Source of the DNA: Candidatus Hydrogenedentota bacterium | GTDB taxonomy: Bacteria; Hydrogenedentota; Hydrogenedentia; Hydrogenedentales; SLHB01 | Assembly: GCA_963668025.2 (NCBI GenBank) | Contig: CAXXTH010000003.1 | Location: 1-64,000, forward strand | Length of the DNA: 64,000 bases | Direction: 5' to 3' | In this document: in pieces, positions 27,899 to 37,472 of the stretch | Layout: each line of letters starts with the position of its first letter | Position numbering within the stretch: position 1 is the first letter of the stretch | Notes under the pieces: model-generated | Seen by the model: only the letters and a program-made list of their open reading frames with translations | What the model was told of the DNA's origin: nothing | Databases searched by the model: none | Made by a program: the position numbers and the translations under genes

Positions 27899-30800
27899 GG
27901 ATGCCTCCTTCAGAGGGTGCGTCGATGGTGGACGTTTCTTTGTGGAGTTTCTTCCACCTTCGCGCCTCGACGTGATAGAACAGCACCGGCAGGAATATAT
28001 CAATGACCTCGTCCGCAATCAGGAGGCCGCCCAGGACAGGTGCGGCCATGGGCGCTATGACCTCGGCGCCTACCCCACGCGACCACAGCATGGGGGCAAG
28101 CCCCACAATGGCCGTGGCCTCGGTCAGAAATTTAGGCCGAAGCCGATGTACCGCGCCATCCAAGACCGCCTGCTCAAGCACTTTGATCGAGGCTATCTTC
28201 GCCAGTCCGCCTCGTTCGGCGATCGCATCGCGCAGATACACCAGCATGATTATGCCGGTTTCGGTGGCCATGCCGAAGCAGGCTATATAACCGACCCAAA
28301 CCGCCACGCTGAAGTTGTAGCCGAACAGGCGCTGGAAAAGCACGCCGCCCGCCAACGCTCCGGGAACCGCCATCATCATCAGGACAGCGTGCGTAAAGTC
28401 ATGATAGGTGAGGTACAGAATGACAAAAATGAGCAGGAGCACGGCGGGGAACACGATACGCAACGTCTTCTTCGCACGCACCTGGTGTTCGAACTGCCCC
28501 GTCCATTCCAGGTACGTTCCCTCGGGCAGCTTAACATTAGCCTGTACGGCTCGCTGCGCTTCCTCGACGAATCCCACGATGTCCCGGTCGCGCACGTTGA
28601 GTTGGACATAGGAACGGAGCAGGCCATTCTCGCTCTTGATCATCACCGGGCCTTCAATGACGCGAATGTTCGCGACATCACTCAGGTAGATTCCTGGAGA
28701 CTCCATGGTTTTCCCGTTCTCCGCGGCGGGAGGCGGTCCTTGCATGCCGCCTTGGGAGACAAGAATCCGCTTGATCGCGTCTTCGTCTACGCGGTAACTG
28801 CGAGCATATCGCAGGCGCACCGGATATCGTTCTCGTCCTTCCACAGTCGTGGTAATGGGTTTGCCGCCCAAGGCGATTTCGATCACATCCTGAATGTCAC
28901 CAACGTTGATGCCATAACGTGCTGCGCGTTCGCGGTCCACCTCGATCTCGATATAGCCCTTGCCGACTGTCTGGTCCGCCACGACATCGACAGCGCCTGG
29001 AATTCCTCCCAGTACTTGCGCCACATGGTTGGCGACTTCCTGAATCTGCTCTTGTGTCTTACCGAATACCTTCGCGGCCAACTGCGTCCGCACCCCCGTC
29101 GCCAGCATGTCCACGCGATTGATGATGGGTTGCGTCCAGATGTTGGCCCACCCGATCTGATGCACCACGTCATTTAGTTCGCGCACCACGTCGTTCTTTG
29201 TCTTTGCCCATAGGAAGGCATGTTTACCGAACGCCTTGCCTACCTCATCAGCCTGAATTTGGACTGGGATGTCTTTACTCGTCCAGATATTTTGCATAGT
29301 GGCGGAGGATTCGATTTCGGCCAGCATCGCCTGCCCGAATTTGATCATCGAGGGATCGAACATCTGCTGGTTGGTTTGCTTCGTCCAGGCCCGAGTAGCT
29401 TTATCCCTAAACGCTTCCAGTGACTTGGCCGTCTCTGTGTAGAAATCGCCGCGTGCAAGTCCAAGCAATTCTTGAAGAGGTCCCAAGATGCGTGTCCATA
29501 ACGTTTCAATTGGGGCCAGCACGTCGCCTCTCTCCGCGGAAAGCCGTGTGGATTTTTCCAAAGCGGCCAGACCGGCGGCGGCAACATCCTCCACATCGTA
29601 TACTTGGGTAGAATAGCGAAACATTTGCCGATGGGAATCGATAAGCTCTTTGATAAATGCTTCGCGATCGGCTGGCTCAGGCTGGCTGGCCCATGCCTGA
29701 TGCGCATCAATCTGGGCGAGCAAGCGTTCCGCAACGAAGCGTACGGAATCATCCGCCAGCACCTGCTCGAACTCCATCATCAATTGTGTCAATTCCTCGC
29801 GCATCGAAGCATCAAAACGAGTCAGCGTTCCGTTCGCCACTTCGTTGAGAAAGGACTGGCGTGTATTATCGTCGGCGAACGAGCCTATGACTCCTTGCTT
29901 TTCAAGCAGCCCTACGACACGCACGGTCTCCGAATAGGCGTCCTCGAATTTGACCTTGCGCTTGAGCCAGTATTCTTTGGGCCTCAACGTGATCACGGTC
30001 TCTACCATATCAAGCGGCGAGGGATCCGTTGGTGTCTCGGCCCGGCCACCTTTGCCGACGACCATTTCAACCTCGGGCATGGAACGAAGCAGCGCATCTC
30101 GCGCCTTCAGGTCGTCCGCCACCTCGGTGACGGATGCCCGCGGCGTTGTGATGGGCATGTCGAGAATGCTGCCCTCATCAAGTGGGGGCATGAATTCACG
30201 CCCCAATCCGCGCGACACATAGATGCCAGTGGCAAGCAGCAGCACAAAGAGCCATATGACAGTCTTGGGCTTATGCATCAGGAAATTCAACACAGGCCTA
30301 TACATCTGTATAACGCTGTGGATAATCCAGTTATTTTCTTCTCGCGAAAGCCGCCCCCGCACAAGCAGTGGAATGATCGCCGGGACCAGTGTTATGGAGA
30401 TGATGGCGGTGCCGATCAAGGCGAACGTCTTCGTGAACGCTAACGGGTGGAACATCTTGCCTTCTTGTCCTGAGAGCGCGAAGACGGGGAGAAACGCGAT
30501 TATCATGATCACCACGGAGAAGAAGATAGGGCGGCCCACCTGGCGGCAAGCCGCGGCGACGATCTCCGTGGTGTCACCCCGAATCTTCTGGTCGCCGAAA
30601 TGCTGCGTCAATCGGTGGGTTGCGTTTTCCAACATGACAATGGCCTGGTCGACCAGAATGCCGATCGATATGGCAATGCCCGAAAGAGACATGATATTCG
30701 AGGATATGTTGAAGAGGCGCATCAGGATGAATGCGATGAGTACGGAGAGCGGAAGGGTCAATATGACCACGAACGTACTTCGCACATGGATGAGAATGAG

Positions 30801-31850
30801 CAAGATCGCAATCGTGGCAAACAGCATCTCATGTTCAAGGATCTTCTCTACCGTTTGAATGGCGGTTTCGATCAGGCGCGTGCGGTCATAAAACGGCACT
30901 ATTCGGATACCTTGCGGAAAACCTTTCTGCAAATCGCGCAACTTCGCTTTGATGTTGCGCGTGACTTCGAGGGGATTCTCCCCATAGCGCATCATCACGA
31001 CGCCGCCGGTGACTTCGCGCCCGTCCTTTTCCAGGACGCTACGGCGGAACTCGACGCCCTGTTGAACCGTGGCCACGTCGCCGACCAAAATGGGCACTCC
31101 GCCACGCTCCGTGATGACCGTACTGCGAATATCATTGATGCTTCGTATCCAGCCCACGCCACGAATGATGTACTCAGCGTTCCCTTTCTGGACGACGCGG
31201 CCTCCAACAGAACTATTGCTCTTGGCGACGGCTTGGTAGATTTGGCCCAGCGTGATGTTAAAAGCCCTCAGATTTTCCGGCGTCACATCTATCTGGTACT
31301 CTTTCGGAAAACCACCGACACTGCTGACTTGGGCTACCCCGGGCACGGAATTGAGCTGATAACGTACATACCAATCCTGGATACTCCGTAAGGCGGCCAG
31401 GTCGGTATTGTCTCCTTCGACGGTGTACCAGAAGATCTGGCCCAGCGCAGTGGCGTCCGGGGCAAGATAAGGAACCGTCCCCTGAGGCAGGAACGTGCTG
31501 GCTAAGGAGAGTCGTTCCAACACCCGTGTCCGCGCAAAATAGAACTCGACGGAGTCATCAAAGATGATATTGATCATCGAGAAGTTGAATTCAGAGGAAG
31601 AACGCACGGCCTTGACGCCGGCAAGACCTTGGAGATTCACGGAAAGCGGATAGGTTATCTGGTCTTCGACTTCCTTCGGACTACGTCCCATCCAATCCGT
31701 AAAAATGATAACCTGATTCTCCGAAAGATCAGGAATAGCGTCAACTGGAGTACGTTCAAGCACCCAAACACCCACACCCGCCACAGCGAGGAATGCTAGG
31801 ATTACAATGAACTTGTTTCGGCAGCAGAAATCGATCAGGCCCTCGATCAT
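27891..31850 (-). CDS. cusA: CusA/CzcA heavy-metal RND permease with a large insertion
   Basis: VDAIPDLSENQV, PDATALG, FMPPLDEG, PTDPSPLDMVET, RLRPKFLT, MAAPVLGG. Confidence 0.93.
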   Translation of the reverse strand: MIEGLIDFCCRNKFIVILAFLAVAGVGVWVLERTPVDAIPDLSENQVIIFTDWMGRSPKEVEDQITYPLSVNLQGLAGVKAVRSSSEFNFSMINIIFDDSVEFYFARTRVLERLSLASTFLPQGTVPYLAPDATALGQIFWYTVEGDNTDLAALRSIQDWYVRYQLNSVPGVAQVSSVGGFPKEYQIDVTPENLRAFNITLGQIYQAVAKSNSSVGGRVVQKGNAEYIIRGVGWIRSINDIRSTVITERGGVPILVGDVATVQQGVEFRRSVLEKDGREVTGGVVMMRYGENPLEVTRNIKAKLRDLQKGFPQGIRIVPFYDRTRLIETAIQTVEKILEHEMLFATIAILLILIHVRSTFVVILTLPLSVLIAFILMRLFNISSNIMSLSGIAISIGILVDQAIVMLENATHRLTQHFGDQKIRGDTTEIVAAACRQVGRPIFFSVVIMIIAFLPVFALSGQEGKMFHPLAFTKTFALIGTAIISITLVPAIIPLLVRGRLSREENNWIIHSVIQMYRPVLNFLMHKPKTVIWLFVLLLATGIYVSRGLGREFMPPLDEGSILDMPITTPRASVTEVADDLKARDALLRSMPEVEMVVGKGGRAETPTDPSPLDMVETVITLRPKEYWLKRKVKFEDAYSETVRVVGLLEKQGVIGSFADDNTRQSFLNEVANGTLTRFDASMREELTQLMMEFEQVLADDSVRFVAERLLAQIDAHQAWASQPEPADREAFIKELIDSHRQMFRYSTQVYDVEDVAAAGLAALEKSTRLSAERGDVLAPIETLWTRILGPLQELLGLARGDFYTETAKSLEAFRDKATRAWTKQTNQQMFDPSMIKFGQAMLAEIESSATMQNIWTSKDIPVQIQADEVGKAFGKHAFLWAKTKNDVVRELNDVVHQIGWANIWTQPIINRVDMLATGVRTQLAAKVFGKTQEQIQEVANHVAQVLGGIPGAVDVVADQTVGKGYIEIEVDRERAARYGINVGDIQDVIEIALGGKPITTTVEGRERYPVRLRYARSYRVDEDAIKRILVSQGGMQGPPPAAENGKTMESPGIYLSDVANIRVIEGPVMIKSENGLLRSYVQLNVRDRDIVGFVEEAQRAVQANVKLPEGTYLEWTGQFEHQVRAKKTLRIVFPAVLLLIFVILYLTYHDFTHAVLMMMAVPGALAGGVLFQRLFGYNFSVAVWVGYIACFGMATETGIIMLVYLRDAIAERGGLAKIASIKVLEQAVLDGAVHRLRPKFLTEATAIVGLAPMLWSRGVGAEVIAPMAAPVLGGLLIADEVIDIFLPVLFYHVEARRWKKLHKETSTIDAPSEGGIHE

Positions 31851-32028
31851 GAGCTTCCTTCCTCCGGTGGACTATAGTCCGACACTTTTTTTCGTTGAGC
31901 TTCGTGAAACACGAAGCAGATCGCACAAGTGTCTTTCCGTAGCAGCTCAGCAACACCAACAATCCGCGTAAGTCCTGAAACACGCACTGCCCATGCTTGG
32001 CCGATCATCTGATTATCAGCAGTGCGCT

Positions 32029-32298
32029 TTAGTTCTTTGGAGAAGGGCTAGGTGTTCCGGGCTGTGGCTGGCCCGCTGTTTTCTCGGCGGGAACGAGATT
32101 CATGCCGCAGATCGGGCACTTGCCCGCTTTTAGTTCGCGGACGCTGGGGTGCATAGTGCAGGTCCATATCTCCGCCTGAGTCTTGGATCCCTGCTGCGTT
32201 CCATCTGCCTTGGGGGCTTCAGACGGCGCTAGCTTGTCGGTACACCCTGCAATGAGTGTAACAGTGAGGAATATAACTAACCACATTTTTAGCTTCAT
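32029..32298 (-). CDS. Small heavy-metal-binding lipoprotein
   Basis: Lipobox IAGC; WTCTMHP...GKCPICGMNL. Confidence 0.85.
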   Translation of the reverse strand: MKLKMWLVIFLTVTLIAGCTDKLAPSEAPKADGTQQGSKTQAEIWTCTMHPSVRELKAGKCPICGMNLVPAEKTAGQPQPGTPSPSPKN

Positions 32299-32536
32299 CG
32301 TTAGTCTCCTCTAGCATTAGTGTTGGCTCGTACGAAACGACCGGTGATACACGCCGACGGCCGCCAAGCTCATCGAAAACCGCGCTGAACACGGTCACAT
32401 CCAACACATTCAGCGCCTCATCTCTGTGTCCATTTCGCCCACCACACATACAGCTTATGGCGAATACATATCCTATATTCCTCCGGAAAGATGAACCATG
32501 TCATTCATTATATCCTAGATTCGTTTTTAACGCAGC

Positions 32537-32653
32537 TCAGGGAATTCGCTGGAAAAACTGCTCGTTCAGGGTTCCCCGCTTCATGGGACCTAAGTCGGCC
32601 ATGGATTGGGTAAGTTCACGCAGGCGCTGTTGGATGTGCCGAATCGATTCCAT
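32537..32653 (-). pseudogene. Truncated DUF6788-like IS accessory gene (IS remnant)
   Basis: MESIRHIQQRLRELTQSMADLGPMKRGTLNEQFF resembles the N-terminus of the 46603 ORF (LGEIRTLRKGSLNEQWF). GGAGGA RBS and a similar upstream palindrome. Confidence 0.65.
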
Positions 32654-33019
32654 GAAATGTTCCTCCAGGATGCATTGTAGACTATTGTCAACAATATCTC
32701 CGCAAAAAACAACACTATACGAAAAAAACTCTTGGTGGAAGAAACACATTATTGATCTTTAGCATCCATTTTGCGTTTGAATTTGGCGGTTTCGGAAACT
32801 CCGTTTTTGCGAATCCTGGCGGTGTAGGTAGTTTCCCCGTTTTTCTTCTGATGGACTTTTATATCGAAACTCATTTTCTATATCTCCTTTTTCCCGGAAA
32901 ATGCATGATTCATATTCATTTGTCTGAAATCGCTGGAAGGAGGAAATGGAGATATGATGCAATATCACGTAATCAGCATTCCCCTATTGCATGCAAGCTA
33001 TTATGCCGTGTCGTATGGA

Positions 33020-33820
33020 TCACTTTAAAGTGCTGTGTATGGCTTCCAGCGCCGGTGCGGCAGCCTGGCGCTGCAACCGCATGCGCCGCCGGAGGCCATG
33101 GATTTCCTCAGTCGAAAGGCTTCGCCATTCGCCAGGCTGCAAGCGGCCGATGTGCAGATTGCCAATCGCGATGCGGCGCAATTCAAATGCGGGGTATCCG
33201 GCGGTGTCGAGCAAGCGGCTCACGGTGATTCCGCGCGTTTCCCGCAAGGTGATGCGTACGAGAGTCGTTCTCAATCCGGTCGTGAGCAGAAGAGCCTGCG
33301 CCCGGACAGGCGGCCCTTCGTCGATGCGAATGCCGCGAATAATCCGTTCGATGGTGGCGTCTTGCATGAGGCCTTCCACGGAAGCAAGATAGGTTTTTTC
33401 CAGTTCACATTCCGGGTGATTGAGCTCATGGACAAGGCCGCCGTCGTTCGTCAATAAAAGGCCGCCTTCCGCATCCTGGCCAAGCTGATCCGCCGGATAA
33501 ACCCGTCCTGGCGCTTTGCCCAGATATGTGGCGATAGTCGGACGCCTATCGGGATCTTTGAGGCCGCTCATGACGCCGCGCGGCTTGTTCATCAAGAGAT
33601 AAATGCGGTTTTCCCGTTCGAGCCGTCTTCCATCGAGGGTCACTGTATCCATTCCAAGCTCGACGCAATCGCCAAATTGGGCTAACCGGCCGTTAATGGC
33701 GACCCGTCCATCGGCGATCAGACGCTCCGCTTCCCGCCGCGAACCCGCGCCGCATTCGGCAAGAAAGCGCTGGATGCGCATGGGTGCGGGCGTTTCCGCT
33801 CCATCGCCATTTATCTCCAT
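33020..33820 (-). CDS. RluB/RsuA-family pseudouridine synthase homolog lacking the catalytic Asp
   Basis: S4 domain, NKPRG, LLLTNDG, EKTY, LRRIAIG; motif II reads PADQLG instead of PVGRLD. Confidence 0.88.
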   Translation of the reverse strand: MEINGDGAETPAPMRIQRFLAECGAGSRREAERLIADGRVAINGRLAQFGDCVELGMDTVTLDGRRLERENRIYLLMNKPRGVMSGLKDPDRRPTIATYLGKAPGRVYPADQLGQDAEGGLLLTNDGGLVHELNHPECELEKTYLASVEGLMQDATIERIIRGIRIDEGPPVRAQALLLTTGLRTTLVRITLRETRGITVSRLLDTAGYPAFELRRIAIGNLHIGRLQPGEWRSLSTEEIHGLRRRMRLQRQAAAPALEAIHSTLK

Positions 33821-33856
33821 GGTGAACTCCTTGCGCCGCTGCCTAAAAACGCCAAT

Positions 33857-36800
33857 CTATCGGGCTGCGAAGGCGCGTGTGTTTTGCCCTGTGCTCAAGG
33901 CGAGCCGCATCTGCTCTTCATACGCCCGAAGCCGTTCCTCGATATCGGTCTGGGCAAGTCTTTGCTCTAGTATATGCGCCTGATGCCGCCGTAGAAAATA
34001 GGCGATGGTCTCAATGCGGATCTTGATTGAGCCTGTGGGTTTATTCTCATCAATGTCCCGGAAACAAAAGAAGGGCTTCCCGGAACGTTCAATAATCTCT
34101 TCAATCAGCGTATAGATAGGCGCGTCGTGGCCGCATTTAAAACTCGACAACTCCAAGGGCGCTAGGTTGGGATGGCGGGCCACGAATTTGGCCGCCCATA
34201 TTTTGCGGGATGAATTCTCCGAGAAACTGTTTTTCCACACATCGGATATGGAACGGGGGCTGGCGATAAACCCCTCCACCACCTCTTGCCCAAAAAGACG
34301 CTCCAAGGTGGCTTCATCCATCGGCAGGCTGTCTTGGGTCAAAATAGGATAGCCCAGTTTTTGAAATTCTTCGCAAATGCCATGGTGGATGCCGGGGTCG
34401 CTGTGATACGGGCGGGCTAACAGCACGAGGCCGACTCGACCCTCCTCTTCGAGGGTTTCGAGCACCTCGCGGGCGCGGGCTTGGAGGTCTTCGCGGAATG
34501 CCTCCAGTGCGCGCAGCCCTTCCGCCACCGCCCGGTTCGATTCCTCCTCCGAGACGCCGATCTCTTCACGCCAATCCTCGAAAAGCTGCCGGGCGCATAA
34601 ATCTGGCCTATCGAGATTCAAGAATGTTTTTTTATACGCAATGCGCTCCCGGGCGAAGATATCGCCCTCTTTAGTAAAGGCGGCGTGGACGGCCTCCGGC
34701 GTTGCGGTCGAGGTGGGGCAGGCCCGGCACGCCTGAGTGTGCTCCAGCGCCGTGGGAAGCGAGGAAACCATGGGAAGGAAAATGTGGGTCAATGGCGTGC
34801 GCTTGTGGTGGACGTTCAGCAGATTATGCACATGGGGAATGGCGAGTTTGCTTGGGAAGCACGGATCGATGCTGCCCCGTTTGGCCCCGTCTTTATACAA
34901 TGGCTCGCTTGTGTAGTCGGACCACACAATATGCTTTGCCGGGACGCCGAGGCTTTGAAAGTAGCCCATGAAGAAAGGGGCGATCCCATATAAGTTGAGT
35001 GCGCGGGGAATGCCGATGCGCATCGTGCGGCGGCGCTCCATCCGGGCGCGGCGGCGGGCTTTTTCGCCGAAGCGTCCAATCGGCAGGGGAGCCGCGATCA
35101 AGCGGGCGTGAGTGGGGGCGAATGCCTCCCGCGCCGCGTATTCCGCCAGATTGGGATTGGCCTCTTTCACCGCCTCCAATTCTTCCAGCATGGCCCGCAT
35201 GTCATCGGCATTCTCGACAGTGCCTTTTTCGCATGTGGCGATGATGAGGCGCTGCTCGCCTGGGGCCAATGCCAGCGTATCTCCCTGTGGCCCGCATGCA
35301 TCTTTCCCGTGTTTAATGCGCGATGGGTGCTCTTCCTCTGCCCCCGCTTTGTAGAGGTGGGCGTCTATTTCGACCCCTTCCGGCCCCTGGGCGCTGGTCC
35401 GAACATCAATAAATGTGCGCAGGCAGGTGTTGCGGCAGAAAGAGCATCGGGTTTGTTCGTTGCGCGTGGTGCGATATTGAATCGAATGCACGGCGTCAAA
35501 GCCAATGAATGAGGTGGAAAATGCATGCTCCTCGTATAAGCGCCGCGCTTCAAGGGCGCAGCCAATAGCCCCCGATTCGCCGCAGTGTTCATGCACCACC
35601 ACATGAGGCGTGACGCCTGTGCCTTGGAAACGCTCCTCGATAAAATCCACCTGTGCCTTCACTGCGGCAAGATTGCGTTGCGTTCCGCCTTGGAGTATGA
35701 ACGTCTGTCCCAGCCGGGCCAGGTTGGGGATTTGGCACACATAGAGCCAAATGTTCTTCGGAAGCACTGCGGCGAGTCCTGCAAGGATCTCATGAGGCAG
35801 CCAGCCTTGCCGCTGGAAATCGACGATATCCGTCTGCATGAAAACCGCACAGCCATATCCGAACGCGGGCATGGATTCGGCTGAAAACGCGGCGTCCGCG
35901 TATTGCTCGACGGATAACCCAAAGGCTTCCGCCGTGGACTGCAAGTAATAGCCATTCCCCGCTGAGCACTGGGTATTGAGGCGGAAATCTTTCACCGCGC
36001 CGTTTTTGAGCACAATGATCTTGATATCCTGCCCGCCTACATCACATATCACATCGGCTTCGGGATAAAAATGCATGCCGCTGCGCGCATGAGCCACGGT
36101 CTCCACCAAGGCCACATCCGCGCCAATGACATCCTTCAGCATATCTTTGGCGTATCCTGTCGTGGCGGCGGCAAGTATATCAAGCGATGTGCCTTGCGCA
36201 ACGAATGGCTGCCTCAGAGCATCTAGCACTGCTTTCGCATCCTCAATGGGATTGCCCTGGGAAAGCTGGTACGCCTTGGCGATGACATCACCTTTATCGT
36301 TGAGCAAGACCGCTTTAGTGCTCGTCGAGCCGCCATCAAGGCCCAGATAAGCGCGCATGGGCGGACCGGTGTCCAGGCGCGGCGCATGCCACACCGGAGC
36401 GGCATACCGCGCTCGGAATCCTTCGAGTTCCTGTGGATTTTGCCACAATCCACGCAAGCCCGCTTGGCGCTTGTATTCCAATCGCCCATGCTCGATATGC
36501 CTCCGCAGCGCATCCGTTCCGGCATACATGCCCGCACCAGGTTCATCCTCGAGCAGTTCCATTCCGAAAAAGGCCGCGCCCAGGGCGGCATAGTACTGTG
36601 CGTCCTTGGGAACATAGACAAAGTCTTCATCAGGCGTTAAAGCGGACGCATATCCGCGTTCCTTCCATAAGAGCCGCAAATGTTTCCGCCAGCACTCCTG
36701 CAATCCTCGAAGATAAAAATTGGGGCCGCCCAGCAACAGCACGGGGGGGTGCAGCGTGTGGCCTCGAGCCAGCACGGTAAGGTTCTGGAGCACGATGGAT

Positions 36801-37456
36801 TCAAACAGGGAGGCCATCAACTCATCAGGCGGAGCCCCCTGTTTTTGCAGGCTGTTTATATCCGTTTCCGCGAAGACGCCGCACTTGCCCGCCACGGGAT
36901 GAATCTTGACGCCGTCATACCGCATCGAGCAGAGCTCATCCGATGAAATGCGCAGTTTTGCAGCGATCTTGTCGATAACCGCGCCTGTTCCCCCCGCGCA
37001 CTTATCGTTCATGGTGGGAAATTTGCGGGTGACGCCTGTACGGGGATCCGTCCTAAAAATGACGATCTTGGCGTCTTGGCCTCCGAGCTCGACGGCGCTG
37101 CGCGCTTGAGGGCGAAGACGCTCGATGGCGCGCGCCACCGCATTGACTTCCTGCACGAAATGAGCACCGATGAGCGATGCAATTGGCGCCGCGCCCGAGC
37201 CTGTTGCGAAGACGCGCAAGCCGGCAGCCGCATGTTGCGGAAATGCTTCGGTGATACGTGTCAAAAACTCGAGGCATTTTTCGGGCTGCCGCGTATCATG
37301 GCGCTCATACTCCCGCCAAAGCACGGAGTGCGTGGATGATTCCACCACCACCGCTTTCACGGTGGTGCTGCCTACATCCAACCCTATGAGTAGAAAGGCA
37401 TGGCGATCTTGATTTTTCTCGGGAGCAAGTCCGTGTACTATGCCATTCGTTTTCAT
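33857..37456 (-). CDS. Double ASKHA activase plus DUF2229 reductase protein (PlsA/Ger-like)
   Basis: GLDVGSTTVK, ELGGQDAK, KCAGGTG; second unit GLDGGSTSTK, DVGGQDIK, CSAGNG; then CxxC, GIPRALN, CFPSK, RPYH.DPG, SFKCGHD. Confidence 0.85.
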   Translation of the reverse strand: MKTNGIVHGLAPEKNQDRHAFLLIGLDVGSTTVKAVVVESSTHSVLWREYERHDTRQPEKCLEFLTRITEAFPQHAAAGLRVFATGSGAAPIASLIGAHFVQEVNAVARAIERLRPQARSAVELGGQDAKIVIFRTDPRTGVTRKFPTMNDKCAGGTGAVIDKIAAKLRISSDELCSMRYDGVKIHPVAGKCGVFAETDINSLQKQGAPPDELMASLFESIVLQNLTVLARGHTLHPPVLLLGGPNFYLRGLQECWRKHLRLLWKERGYASALTPDEDFVYVPKDAQYYAALGAAFFGMELLEDEPGAGMYAGTDALRRHIEHGRLEYKRQAGLRGLWQNPQELEGFRARYAAPVWHAPRLDTGPPMRAYLGLDGGSTSTKAVLLNDKGDVIAKAYQLSQGNPIEDAKAVLDALRQPFVAQGTSLDILAAATTGYAKDMLKDVIGADVALVETVAHARSGMHFYPEADVICDVGGQDIKIIVLKNGAVKDFRLNTQCSAGNGYYLQSTAEAFGLSVEQYADAAFSAESMPAFGYGCAVFMQTDIVDFQRQGWLPHEILAGLAAVLPKNIWLYVCQIPNLARLGQTFILQGGTQRNLAAVKAQVDFIEERFQGTGVTPHVVVHEHCGESGAIGCALEARRLYEEHAFSTSFIGFDAVHSIQYRTTRNEQTRCSFCRNTCLRTFIDVRTSAQGPEGVEIDAHLYKAGAEEEHPSRIKHGKDACGPQGDTLALAPGEQRLIIATCEKGTVENADDMRAMLEELEAVKEANPNLAEYAAREAFAPTHARLIAAPLPIGRFGEKARRRARMERRRTMRIGIPRALNLYGIAPFFMGYFQSLGVPAKHIVWSDYTSEPLYKDGAKRGSIDPCFPSKLAIPHVHNLLNVHHKRTPLTHIFLPMVSSLPTALEHTQACRACPTSTATPEAVHAAFTKEGDIFARERIAYKKTFLNLDRPDLCARQLFEDWREEIGVSEEESNRAVAEGLRALEAFREDLQARAREVLETLEEEGRVGLVLLARPYHSDPGIHHGICEEFQKLGYPILTQDSLPMDEATLERLFGQEVVEGFIASPRSISDVWKNSFSENSSRKIWAAKFVARHPNLAPLELSSFKCGHDAPIYTLIEEIIERSGKPFFCFRDIDENKPTGSIKIRIETIAYFLRRHQAHILEQRLAQTDIEERLRAYEEQMRLALSTGQNTRAFAAR

Positions 37457-37472
37457 CGTTCATCCTGCATAT

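Noticed and set aside
27765-29177. Long antisense ORFs (470 aa here; also 26705-27805, 47139-48320, 52942-54069)
   Set aside because: Shadow frames of GC-rich genes, with no protein-like motifs.
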